Source of the DNA: a bacterium | GTDB lineage: Bacteria > SAR324 > NAC60-12 | DNA: 64,000 bases | Assembly (NCBI GenBank): GCA_965209155.1 | Contig: OZ242383.1 | Coordinates: 2,336,001 to 2,400,000 of the forward strand | Direction of reading: 5' to 3' | Shown: one piece after another, positions 20,329 to 29,606 of the stretch | Numbering within the stretch: position 1 is the stretch's first letter | Layout of the letters: the number at the start of each line of letters is the position of its first letter | Notes under the pieces: model-generated | The model's input: the letters and a program-made list of their open reading frames with translations, nothing else | Databases searched by the model: none | What the model was told of the DNA's origin: nothing | Position numbers and translations under genes: made by a program

Positions 20329-21078
20329 AGCGCTTCCACTCTCGCAGTGCGCAATGACCAGACGGTACCCCAGATCAATCTCGGACTGACGCAAGAGATG
20401 TTCGTATCGACGCTCCCACACGCCGTCCTCAAGATCGCTACGCAGGCGGGCAAGACCAGATTCGACATTGCGGATCTTGGAGAATGCGGACATGGCGCTG
20501 CGGATACCTGCGTCCAGGTAAGCATACGGCCGCCGCCAGTATGCTCCGAGAAATCCATCAATACAATCGTGTGGCACCAGCAGAGGGCGCACTTTGGTGT
20601 CCCCCAACACCCCGAGGAGTTCCTCGATGGACGGCAGGATGCGGCGGTCGATCTCCCCAACTTCGGGAAAGTAGTCTTCGATAAGCCAGAAACCCGATGC
20701 CGCGGGGTCCCAAGTGACGATGACGAGCCGACGCTGGGCCACCCGCGCTAGCTCCGTCAGGCCCCGCGCTCGATCCGGCCAGTGGTGCACCGTGAGAACG
20801 GCCAGCGCTGCGGCAAACGCCGCATCTCGGAACGGCAGGTGTGTTGCGGACGCCTGCACGACTGGCGCACTACCCGTACGACGCTGACGAATCATGGCCC
20901 GAGACGGCTCAACGGCAACGACAGAGCGGTCTGTCGGTTCGTAAGACCCCGCGCCAGCCCCGACATTCACCACAGTGTCTGCCTCGCCCAAAGCGTGGAG
21001 GATGGAGGTGGCGAGGCGCGGGTCTGCACGACGGTAGTTCTTGTAGCCGATGCCAATTTCGTCGTAGAGCTGTGGCAT
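20323..21078 (-). CDS. Class I SAM-dependent methyltransferase (integron cassette 2, GC-rich)
   Basis: VNVGAGAG, AVEPS, LPFRD, HHWPD. Confidence 0.9.
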   Translation of the reverse strand: MPQLYDEIGIGYKNYRRADPRLATSILHALGEADTVVNVGAGAGSYEPTDRSVVAVEPSRAMIRQRRTGSAPVVQASATHLPFRDAAFAAALAVLTVHHWPDRARGLTELARVAQRRLVIVTWDPAASGFWLIEDYFPEVGEIDRRILPSIEELLGVLGDTKVRPLLVPHDCIDGFLGAYWRRPYAYLDAGIRSAMSAFSKIRNVESGLARLRSDLEDGVWERRYEHLLRQSEIDLGYRLVIAHCESGSAT

Positions 21079-21118
21079 CTTGTCATTCCTCTCCATCTGT
21101 GACGATTGTACTTGAGTC

Positions 21119-21187
21119 ACCTATCGCCCAAATTTGCTGGCAGCTGAAGCGAAGCGTAAGCTGCTCAGCAAGATTTGTTTGTTATGC
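21119..21187 (-). other. attC site
   Basis: On -: GCATAACaaacaaatcttgctgagcagc...gctgccagcaaatttgggcGATAGGT (R' has GAT in place of GTT). Confidence 0.78.
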
Positions 21188-21601
21188 GTCTTTAATTAAC
21201 CTCTTGTCTATACTGACGACATCGTCGGATGAATAACCAATCTTATTGTAAAAATCCAACACTTTGTCATTTGAGCTACGAACAACAATATTCAGTTTTG
21301 GGCACCCGATATATATTAACGTTTGTTCAATATAGTGCATCAATATTTGACCATACCCTTTGTTTTGAAAATTCGGATGCACAGCCAGATAAAATACAGA
21401 GCCTCTGTGACCATCATAGCCTGCCATCGCAGAAGCAACTACATTTAGATTGTCTATTTCAACGAAAAACAGTTCCGGTTGGAACTGGAGTTTTCTATCT
21501 ATATCTTGATTTGGGTCGTTCCATGGGCGAGTAAGCCCACACACTTCCCATAGCTTAATTACATTCTCTCTGTCGCTTTCTTTAAATTTCCGGATTTCCA
21601 T
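21182..21601 (-). CDS. GNAT acetyltransferase, YpeA-like (integron cassette 1)
   Basis: GLTRPWNDP, MAGYDGHRG, YLAVHP..QNKGYG, GCPKLN. Confidence 0.9.
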   Translation of the reverse strand: MEIRKFKESDRENVIKLWEVCGLTRPWNDPNQDIDRKLQFQPELFFVEIDNLNVVASAMAGYDGHRGSVFYLAVHPNFQNKGYGQILMHYIEQTLIYIGCPKLNIVVRSSNDKVLDFYNKIGYSSDDVVSIDKRLIKDA

Positions 21602-21611
21602 ACTAATTTAC

Positions 21612-21660
21612 GCATAACTATATGATTATCTGGTTCTTTATAATTACAATAATCTGTCTT
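21612..21660 (-). other. Putative attI site
   Basis: GTTATGC (GTTRRRY) on -, 10 bp before the first cassette ATG, complementary to the GCATAAC ending that cassette; no attC palindrome upstream. Confidence 0.65.
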
Positions 21661-21747
21661 GACCAGTTTTTTTATCTGTATTTTAATAGTTTTCTAGCTG
21701 GTTAACTCTCAAAAAAGCATTATTAGCCAGAAAGGCGATAACTTCCC

Positions 21748-21939
21748 ATGCTCAGAATTCCCCCAGCCTTGCTGACTCAATATACCCTCTTTTTAGCTGA
21801 ACAATCGGTTCCGGATCAATGGCATCCTTCTTTTCACAAATGGTTACGCTACTATCTGGTTTTCTGCCATAAGTATCACTTTGAATCCACATCGCCTCGC
21901 TCCCAACAAAAGAGCCCTCCCGCTTTTCTTAAAAATTAG
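21748..21939 (+). pseudogene. intI: N-terminal stub of an integron integrase
   Basis: MLRIP...KWLRYYLVFCHKYHF resembles the integrase N-terminal SAM-like region; divergent from attI and cassettes; catalytic domain absent. Confidence 0.65.
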
Positions 21940-22163
21940 AGGTAAAGATGAAATCAGGTGCAAGACCAGGAATAATCTTTGGTGAGGCGGCAGATTCCAG
22001 CTCTTAAACTTTTCTCATGCTGAGGCATGACCAGTAGAAATAAATCTATTGCAAATAATAGTAACTGTCCCCTGATTTTATTGATGGCTTGCAAGCTGAA
22101 GATGATTTCGCCAAAATACCTGACAACAGGTTTTCAGGATTTCTTCTTACTTATAGAAAAATT

Positions 22164-22427
22164 ATGATGGTTTGGACCGATACCGCTCCACAAATGGCAG
22201 AATTGCAAAAAATAATGCTACGCCAGGCTAGTATGGCGGAACGGTTTGCCAGAGTTCGCTCTTTGACTACCAGCGTAATTCAATTGTCCCGTCGGGCGAT
22301 TGCACGGAATCATCCCAATTTACAAGATGCTGAATTGAACTCCCTGTTTATTGCCCACCATTACGGCTCCGATTCAGCCCGTGCTTTCGACCAATTCATC
22401 CAGAGCCAAACCCATGAAGATACCTGA
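22164..22427 (+). CDS. Small helical hypothetical protein, partner of the downstream nucleotidyltransferase-like gene
   Basis: DTAP...LRQASMAERFAR; overlaps the next gene. Confidence 0.6.
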   Translation: MMVWTDTAPQMAELQKIMLRQASMAERFARVRSLTTSVIQLSRRAIARNHPNLQDAELNSLFIAHHYGSDSARAFDQFIQSQTHEDT

Positions 22428-23007
22428 TATTGTCAAAACCCTCCAGCCGGTCATTGAAGCTTTTCAGCAATTGGGAATTGACTATTATATCGGAGGGTCT
22501 GTCGCCAGTTCAACTTATGGAATGCCCCGGGCCACCATGGATGTGGATGTGGTGAGTGATTTATGGTCAGAACATGTCGAGCATTTTGTCCAACTGGTCG
22601 AACCCACCCATTACGTGAGTGCCTCCCTGATTCGGGAAGCCCTGCAACATCACACACCGTTCAACCTGATTCATTTGGAAACGATGCTGAAAGTCGACGT
22701 CTTTGTCCTGAGACCTCGCTCTTACGATCAACAGGCTTTTCGGCGAAGACGCCTCGACACCTTGGATGAGGAGGGGGCCGTCTCTTTTTATTTAGGAGCG
22801 CCTGAAGACATCTTGTTGCATAAGTTAGAATGCTATCATTCAGGAAATCGCACTTCGGAGCAGCAGTGGAAGGATATTATTGGAATATTGGAAATTCAAC
22901 AAAATGCATTGGATTATTCTTATTTGCAGGAATGGGCAGTTCATCTGGAATTGCAGGATCTGCTACTCCTGGCTCTTAAGGAATCCGGAGTGGAGCGGAA
23001 CAACTAA
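22414..23007 (+). CDS. Nucleotidyltransferase-fold protein (possible TA component)
   Basis: YYIGGSVAS..G.PRATMDVD, KVDVF, PEDILLHKL. Confidence 0.75.
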   Translation: MKIPDIVKTLQPVIEAFQQLGIDYYIGGSVASSTYGMPRATMDVDVVSDLWSEHVEHFVQLVEPTHYVSASLIREALQHHTPFNLIHLETMLKVDVFVLRPRSYDQQAFRRRRLDTLDEEGAVSFYLGAPEDILLHKLECYHSGNRTSEQQWKDIIGILEIQQNALDYSYLQEWAVHLELQDLLLLALKESGVERNN

Positions 23008-23015
23008 AAATAACT

Positions 23016-23378
23016 GTAACTATTCAGGTCCTTTAAGGGGAGTTCAATTATAAAGGAGTTGCCAGAGGATGCAAAGCCTGTGTGAGCAAATCGATGATGG
23101 ATTTTCCCTGTTTTCTGGCAGTGGAAATGGGCTCGGATACAAAAAGCCTGAGATCCTTTGCTGGGAGAATGGGACTCCACCTGATCCAGTGATTCACTGA
23201 AAGCCAAATGATGGCCTTGATGACCGGGTTGACCTCCGCGAGAACGACTCCTGCTTTTACGCAAACTGTTGCTCTTGCGACTTGCATCGCTGGAAGGAGG
23301 CTTACTTGAGTTTTGGCTATTGAGAGCCAACTGATCCCGAAGTTGCTAATTTTCTGCTTCGAGCGCTTCAATACGTTT
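23016..23378 (-). mobile_element. Internally deleted IS66-family remnant with right end
   Basis: End gtaactattcaggtc at 23016; N-terminal LNSQNSSKPPS segment joined directly to C-terminal STARKQG segment. Confidence 0.82.
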
Positions 23379-23604
23379 CCCCGCTCTCGCTCCCAGCTTG
23401 TACATTTTAGAGTTGTAATCCATAGTTGGATATTCTACTCTCGAACAATTCACAGGGAACTTCCATTTCATTTGTTCATGCCAATAAAGGACACACGAGA
23501 CGCCCAACCTGATACCAAAGAGCTGAGTTGCCCGGTTCCCTGCGGGCGAATCGCGCATTCCGTCGCAGGTTAGCTTGGGATATTTAAAACAAGCTCTAAG
23601 AAAA

Positions 23605-24078
23605 ATGGAGGGGAATGTGCGGAAAACTATCAGTGAAAATGAACTCCACGGCATCTTGACCGAACACCAAATGTGGCTCGATTCAGGAAAAAAAAGAGGC
23701 ATCCCTGCCGACCTGGCAAACGTCGACTTGGCCCAAACCATGCTCATTCGTACCGATCTCCGCGAAGCCAACCTCAGCGGTGCGAATTTTGTCGAAGCCG
23801 ATCTCAGTGAAGCCAACCTCACAGGAGCAAACTTAAGCAAGGTAGATCTCAGTCGCAGTTATCTCTTCAAAACAAACCTGAGCCATGCCGACCTGCATCA
23901 AGCCAACTTGACAGGAGCGAAACTGGCATGGACAAAACTGAACTTCACCAACCTCAAAGATGCGGATTTGAGAGAATCCGTGTTGACAAGAGTCGATTTG
24001 ATCGACGCTCGATATTCGAACGGCACTCAATTTCCCTACGGCTTCGACCCCCAAAAAAATGGTATGGTCTTGGACTAA
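23605..24078 (+). CDS. Pentapeptide repeat protein (start 23605 or GTG 23617)
   Basis: Tandem A(D/N)LxX repeats; C-terminal TQFPYGFDP. Confidence 0.9.
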   Translation: MEGNVRKTISENELHGILTEHQMWLDSGKKRGIPADLANVDLAQTMLIRTDLREANLSGANFVEADLSEANLTGANLSKVDLSRSYLFKTNLSHADLHQANLTGAKLAWTKLNFTNLKDADLRESVLTRVDLIDARYSNGTQFPYGFDPQKNGMVLD

Positions 24079-24182
24079 GTGAAATTGATTCACGTGTTAT
24101 CATGTCATTTTTCAAATTTATCCCATGTACCGTCGAAGACTTAAAATCGAAGGTCACTATATTTCTAAGCTACTGATATTCC

Positions 24183-24259
<77 letters not shown>

Positions 24260-24273
24260 ATTTGGAGGGATTC

Positions 24274-24349
24274 TGGAGCGGGAGACGAGCTTCGAACTCG
24301 CGACTTCCAGCTTGGAAGGCTAGTGCTCTGCCAACTGAGCTACTCCCGC
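24274..24349 (-). tRNA. tRNA-Gly (TCC)
   Basis: GCGGGAGTAGCTCAG...TTCCAA...GTTCGA...CCCGCTCCA. Confidence 0.96.
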
Positions 24350-24553
24350 TCTTTGATTATGAACTATTAAATATTTTTTCCCCGTGTTTGTCAAGATTTA
24401 AAAGTTGTAATGGTTGACCCTGGTATAGCATTGGGTGTCTCCTCGTTCACAGGGAGATATTTTCCGGATTCCTCACGTTCTTTCAAAATGCCGCCTCAAT
24501 GAATGGTTTGCGAGCTTTCGTACCTGCGCAAACAGACGACAGGGGTTTGGACT

Positions 24554-25477
24554 CTAAAATCGGACGATTGCTCTGTTTTGATAACGGAGATCAATAGATC
24601 TCAGTGATTTTTTCGATTGTCGGAGTTGGGGATAAACACTTTCAAAAGTCTTAATTTTTTCAAGATAGTCATCATGGCCTAGTTGAATAATCAGTGGAGG
24701 ATTGCGGAGTTTTAATTTTAAATTGAATGGGTCGGCGACATCCAACTCGGCAAATTGATCCAAAGGAAGTGGTGACGCCCGGAGCAGGTTGAGCAGTTCC
24801 CGTCCTTGCTGCAGACCCACAGAAACGATGGGTTGTCCCAGGTTGATTGCTTCTCTTTTAATTCCAGTTATGACGAAAGAAGGTTTGGGCTGGGAAGTGG
24901 AATTTTTTTGTATGGGATGCAATTGTTCGTCGATGAGATAGTAACTGTCCTCAATTTTTAAAAAAACGTAGGGACGACGTTCGCTGAGAATAAAAAAAAA
25001 CGAATTTGGGATCAATTTACGAACATAAGCTTCTTCAATAAAGGGATGTTGATTCAGTCGGTCGACTACTTCATTCGCATCAATTTGATAGAATTTTAAG
25101 TTGGAGTCGATTCCTGCGATTCGATATATATCTTCTGTTGTCAGCGCAGAATGCCCATTTATATGAATTTGAGCGGGTGGCCGCCGAAAATCGGCCAGAC
25201 CCAGCCAAACGATACCCGTGAGTATCCAAAGTAAGAAAATAAAAGTAGTCAATCCAATGATCGCTTTATGCCAGGAATGCAGGAGGGTGAACGGCATGGA
25301 AATCAAGGAGCTGGGGACCTGGATTTTTTTCCAGATAAAGCGCCGTGCTACGTAGAGTCGGGGGGGGCCATTGGGATAAATTCTCAGCTTCCCCTTTGCG
25401 AATTGAATATTGAGTTTCTCATCACGGGGACGAATGGGATTTTGGCGTTTGCCGATGTGGTTTTTAAGATCTTCCAT
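24554..25477 (-). CDS. ftsQ: FtsQ/DivIB-like cell division protein
   Basis: Single TM, POTRA-like region (HPFIEEAYVRK.IPN), C-terminal IDLRY; follows murB. Confidence 0.75.
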   Translation of the reverse strand: MEDLKNHIGKRQNPIRPRDEKLNIQFAKGKLRIYPNGPPRLYVARRFIWKKIQVPSSLISMPFTLLHSWHKAIIGLTTFIFLLWILTGIVWLGLADFRRPPAQIHINGHSALTTEDIYRIAGIDSNLKFYQIDANEVVDRLNQHPFIEEAYVRKLIPNSFFFILSERRPYVFLKIEDSYYLIDEQLHPIQKNSTSQPKPSFVITGIKREAINLGQPIVSVGLQQGRELLNLLRASPLPLDQFAELDVADPFNLKLKLRNPPLIIQLGHDDYLEKIKTFESVYPQLRQSKKSLRSIDLRYQNRAIVRF

Positions 25478-25483
25478 AGATCA

Positions 25484-26434
25484 CTATCGGTTCCGGGTGA
25501 CAATTTGCACTTCCGGTTCCAGTTTAATCTGGTAATCATTCCAAACTTTTTTTTGGGCCAGTCGAATCAAAGTCAAAACATCCTCAGTTTTGGCATTGCC
25601 AAGATTGACTATGAAATTACTATGCAGTTCACTGATTTGCGCATCTCCGCTGCAAAGTCCTTTCAGTCCCACAGACTCAATCAATTCGGCAGCATAGCGA
25701 TCCGGTGGGTTCTTAAAGATTGAACCACAGTTTGGAACCTGTCGTGGTTGATTTTCTTCGCGAAAAGTCTGATATTCCTCAATTTTTTTTCGCACTCTTT
25801 CTGAATCAGAAGCATTCAATCGAAACAGGGCAGAAGTGACAATGGCACCGAATCTCCCGTTCAAAGGAGAATAGCGATAGTTAAAATTTATTGAAGCCCC
25901 TTCAGTTTGGTGCAAACGCCCCTCCATATCCAGCCACCAGACTTTTTTCAGGTGGTCCCGAATTTCTTTACCATGAGCACCTGCGTTCATTGCAATCGCG
26001 CCACCAATACACCCGGGAACGCCGATCAAGAATTCGAGACCACTCCATCCCAAAGGAACGCATCGTTGGGCAAACGTGACGTCTGCCAGGGCGGCTCCTG
26101 CATGAATTTCTCGTTGCTCCGCAAAGGTCTCCCACTGTTTGAATGAAGCAGACAAGCGCAGAACAATTCCAGGCCATCCTTCATCCGGAAGGATCAGGTT
26201 GGAGCCTTTGCCGAGAATAAACCAAGGGACATCGTATTGCTGAAAAAAAGGCAGCAGTCGAGACAAATCCTCCCGGTTTGCCACGTCAATAAAACAGAAA
26301 GCATCTCCCCCCACGCGCATGGTGTTCAGTCGTTTTAAAGAGTGAAACCATTGTAGTTTGGACTGCAAGGGCAGATCGAGCAGTTTTGATATCCATTTTT
26401 CCGCGACTTTCTGCTGAATGCTTCTTTCAAACAT
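25484..26434 (-). CDS. murB: UDP-N-acetylmuramate dehydrogenase
   Basis: GKGSNL, GGAIAMNAGA, GSIFKNP, HSNFIVN, LEPEV. Confidence 0.95.
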   Translation of the reverse strand: MFERSIQQKVAEKWISKLLDLPLQSKLQWFHSLKRLNTMRVGGDAFCFIDVANREDLSRLLPFFQQYDVPWFILGKGSNLILPDEGWPGIVLRLSASFKQWETFAEQREIHAGAALADVTFAQRCVPLGWSGLEFLIGVPGCIGGAIAMNAGAHGKEIRDHLKKVWWLDMEGRLHQTEGASINFNYRYSPLNGRFGAIVTSALFRLNASDSERVRKKIEEYQTFREENQPRQVPNCGSIFKNPPDRYAAELIESVGLKGLCSGDAQISELHSNFIVNLGNAKTEDVLTLIRLAQKKVWNDYQIKLEPEVQIVTRNR

Positions 26435-26451
26435 ACCAAGCCACTATCAAA

Positions 26452-26802
26452 TTAAATAGTCTCGACCAGTGCGTTTTTGTGCAATTCCTCCAGGTTGTAG
26501 TAAATTCGGGTGGCCGGATGAAAAATATGGACAATGACGTCCTCATAGTCCATTAAAATCCAACTCCCTTCCGTATAACCTTCAATACTGAGTGGTTTGA
26601 TCCTGTATTTGCTCAATTCTTCTTTAATTCGATCGGCAATTCCTTTGACATGTCCTTGAGAGCGTCCCTGACATATGAGCACATAATCCGTGAAGGACGA
26701 GTGTCCATTGACGTTCAACAAAACGATTTCTTCCGCTTTTAGCGATCGAGCGGCTTGTACGAGTGCTTTTGCTCTGTCTTTTTCAGTCAGTGATACTTCC
26801 AA
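26452..26802 (-). CDS. rsfS: Ribosome silencing factor
   Basis: KAEEI, TDYVLIC, WILMDYEDVIVHIF, YYNLEEL. Confidence 0.93.
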   Translation of the reverse strand: MEVSLTEKDRAKALVQAARSLKAEEIVLLNVNGHSSFTDYVLICQGRSQGHVKGIADRIKEELSKYRIKPLSIEGYTEGSWILMDYEDVIVHIFHPATRIYYNLEELHKNALVETI

Positions 26803-26829
26803 GGGGTTATTAAAAAATCAGGTAAAGAT

Positions 26830-27765
26830 TCAAAATGTTGCTGATTGTCCTTGCCAGATATCATGGGTCTGCATGTAATTTTCAATAAACTGCATAGGCC
26901 GCATTTTTTCTTTGGTCCAGGCAGGCGCGATCAATTCGTCCCATCTCGGAGCCACTGCGGCCAAGCGGTGAACCGCAATTCGTGGGGAGAGATGTTTCAA
27001 AAACACGCACACTTTACGACTGTATTCTTCCAGTTCCACTGGGTCAAACAATCCTTTTTCGTACATTTCCGCCAATGGGGTATTTTTTAATACATGAAGG
27101 TTGTGTAATTTTACGCCATGTATCCCTAAGCCTGAAAGCAAAGTAGCCGTATCCTGCAGTTGTTTATCCGATTCTCCAGGGAGTCCAAACATCAAATGGC
27201 AACAAATTTCGACTTTTGATAACGATTTTAATCTTTGAATGGCCTGGATAGAGCGGATGCTGTCATGACCTCGTGATAAAAAGCGCAATTGTTGGTCATC
27301 AAGTGTTTGTATTCCTAATTCAACCGAGACAAAATGAGATTCGGATATTTCCTCGAGAATTCGCAAAATGGTACGAGGCAAACAGTCGGGACGAGTGCCT
27401 AACGCAATTCCGATGACGTCGTCTTCTTGCAAAACAGAGCGAAATTTAGCACCCAATTCTTTAACCCGTCCAAATGTGTTGGTGTAAGATTGGAAATAGA
27501 CGAGGAATTTATCGGCGTTGTAACGTTTTCGAATCGCATTCCTGTGCAAAGCGACTTGTTCCTCCAGGGTTTTACCGGCATCGTTATGATAGGCAGCCGC
27601 CCCCCATTCATCACAAAACGTACAGGTTTTCATTCCCTTGATTCCCTCTCGGTTGGGGCAGGTTCGTGCGACTGAAACACTGATCTTGAAAACCCGTTTA
27701 TTGAATAAATGATGGTATCGTTGGCTTAAAGGATAATATCGTTTATTGTGATCGAAGGGAAGCAT
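26830..27765 (-). CDS. YhcC/TIGR01212-like radical SAM protein
   Basis: TCPNR...CTFC, YFQSYTNT, GTRPDC, GVKLHNL. Confidence 0.9.
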   Translation of the reverse strand: MLPFDHNKRYYPLSQRYHHLFNKRVFKISVSVARTCPNREGIKGMKTCTFCDEWGAAAYHNDAGKTLEEQVALHRNAIRKRYNADKFLVYFQSYTNTFGRVKELGAKFRSVLQEDDVIGIALGTRPDCLPRTILRILEEISESHFVSVELGIQTLDDQQLRFLSRGHDSIRSIQAIQRLKSLSKVEICCHLMFGLPGESDKQLQDTATLLSGLGIHGVKLHNLHVLKNTPLAEMYEKGLFDPVELEEYSRKVCVFLKHLSPRIAVHRLAAVAPRWDELIAPAWTKEKMRPMQFIENYMQTHDIWQGQSATF

Positions 27766-27938
27766 CGGATACGCTTGTCTTTCCGGATCATGACGATTAT
27801 TTTATTCTGACCACCGAGTCGTCTCTTTCAGTGCTGTGAACTCGCCTCGGAAGTGGAGCAAAAAGAATACCTCAAAGCCTGAAGAGAGGCAAGTTTGCAT
27901 GCATCAATACCAGCAAGCCCCCTATATTTGCTACGGAC

Positions 27939-28655
27939 ATGCCTTATCAACTACCCGATGATTCTGAAAAAGCAGCATACCTTCAAAAAAAATTCAGTGA
28001 AATCGCGCCCAAATACAATCTTTTCAACGATCTGATTACCTGCGGATTGCATCGTTATTGGAAAAAATTCGTAGTTCGACAAGTCGGGGTCATTGCGGGA
28101 GGAAAATACCTGGATTTATGCTGCGGTACTGCTGACATCGCTCTGCGTCTTCGAGATACGATACCTCAAGGGTCGATCTTTGCGCTGGATTTCTCCCCGG
28201 ACATGTTGGAGATTGCTCGGAATGCCCCTCACTCCAAGGAAAGATCGTTGATTTTTCTGCAAGCAGACGCCACCCTGCTGCCCTTTTCCTGTGGATCAAT
28301 GGATGCGGTGACGGTTGGTTATGGTTTGCGAAATGTCAATGATATTTCAAAGTGCCTGGCTCAAATTCTCAATGTTCTCAAGCCGGGAGGAGTGTTGGTC
28401 AGTTTAGATGTAGGGAAAGTTCGAGTGCCGATAATTTCCGAGTTCAGTCAGTTTTATATATTACAAATCGTTCCCCGAATTGGAAAACTCTTGTATCATA
28501 AACAGGACATTTTTGACTATCTCTCCCATTCCACGAAAAACTATCCCAATCAGGAAACCCTCAAACAGCTCATGTTAGCCAGTGGATTCAAACAAGTGGA
28601 TGTTTTTGATTTTCTTTGGGGCGCCACTACGGTTCATGTGGCCTACAAACCCTGA
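27939..28655 (+). CDS. ubiE: Ubiquinone/menaquinone biosynthesis C-methyltransferase
   Basis: IAPKYNLFND, LDLCCGT, GYGLRNV, LKPGG. Confidence 0.88.
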   Translation: MPYQLPDDSEKAAYLQKKFSEIAPKYNLFNDLITCGLHRYWKKFVVRQVGVIAGGKYLDLCCGTADIALRLRDTIPQGSIFALDFSPDMLEIARNAPHSKERSLIFLQADATLLPFSCGSMDAVTVGYGLRNVNDISKCLAQILNVLKPGGVLVSLDVGKVRVPIISEFSQFYILQIVPRIGKLLYHKQDIFDYLSHSTKNYPNQETLKQLMLASGFKQVDVFDFLWGATTVHVAYKP

Positions 28656-28664
28656 TTGATTATC

Positions 28665-28788
28665 CGAATCAGGAGTTGAAATTTAATTTATAAAATCGAT
28701 AATTTAATAATTATGATGTGTCATGCTGGTCCCGGATCATCCTGGATTCCTGGTCAAGTCAGGAATGACACGTTTTTTAACTCCTGAT
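28665..28788. mobile_element. Third (inverted, shortened) copy of the MITE at 811/6891
   Basis: cgaatcaggagtt...aactcctgat; last bases interrupted by an IS66 end. Confidence 0.78.
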
Positions 28789-29344
28789 GTAACTATTTAG
28801 GTTTCTTTAGATCCTCCATCGATTTAAGCACAGGTTTTGCGTGGCATAGAGTCCGAAAAGGACTTTATGCTCTCGAAAGTTCAAAAATATATTCATTCCC
28901 TTTTATCGATTCCCCACCTCGAGGCTTTTCAAGAAGCCAGTCAACCCTTGGAAAAAGAACGAGAGCCATGGAAGCAAGAGCGCTTAGCACTCTGATTTAC
29001 CTCCCTGGCAGAGCGATTACGATCATTATCGCCATTGGAAAAACGCTGGATTGTGGAGTGACCCTTCGCTTTATGGCTCATGATCCTAAAGAAGCGGATC
29101 TCCCTGATTGATAGATTTTTTAATTTTTTTTAATCCTGCATTTATTTTCATTGGGGGGTTGACATTATTCAAAAATATATATTGCTAGAATCATACCTTC
29201 ACTAAGTTGTTTTAGTGAAAAAGAGGGTTCCCACTTGATTGATTGAACAATATCGTGGGAGGAGTTGAAAACGATCGCTCCTCTCCGGGAATCTTTTTTA
29301 ATGATATTGAACTAAACGGGTTTTTCAGAGACCTGAATAGTTAC
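28789..29344 (+). mobile_element. 556-bp composite non-autonomous element with both IS66-type ends
   Basis: gtaactatttaggtt ... gacctgaatagttac; contains the transposase 5' stub, captured DNA and a promoter. Confidence 0.75.
29052..29316 (+). repeat. Promoter/leader cassette, copy 1
   Basis: Near-identical to ~33983-34246; TTGACA (29159) and TGnTAGAAT; hairpin cactaa-gttgtt-ttagtg. Confidence 0.85.
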
Positions 29345-29606
29345 CCAAATTTTTTAATAGGAGAAAGTTATGTCATCGAATAAATTGTTTTCGTTATGCC
29401 TCACCTTTTTGGTCGGGCTCATTCCATCCCTCTCATTGAAGCGAGTGGGGAATTTTATCCTTAATAAAGGAGAAGTCATGTATGCAAGTAAATTATTGAC
29501 CCTCTTTGTAGGGCTGAACGCGGTGGACGTCGTGTCTGCTGCGAAAATTCGATTCGCTCGATGTTGTGGCGAATCTTTAAATTTAATTTCAATTGTAGGA
29601 GGAAGC

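Noticed and set aside
29052..29316. Known riboswitch (cobalamin, c-di-GMP, TPP, glycine)
   Set aside because: Consensus motifs of these classes were not recognisable; kept only as an unknown structured-leader candidate
29370..29606. Treating the full 674-aa ORF as the native SBP
   Set aside because: The best RBS and a complete signal peptide start at 29607; the upstream in-frame part is reported as stubs
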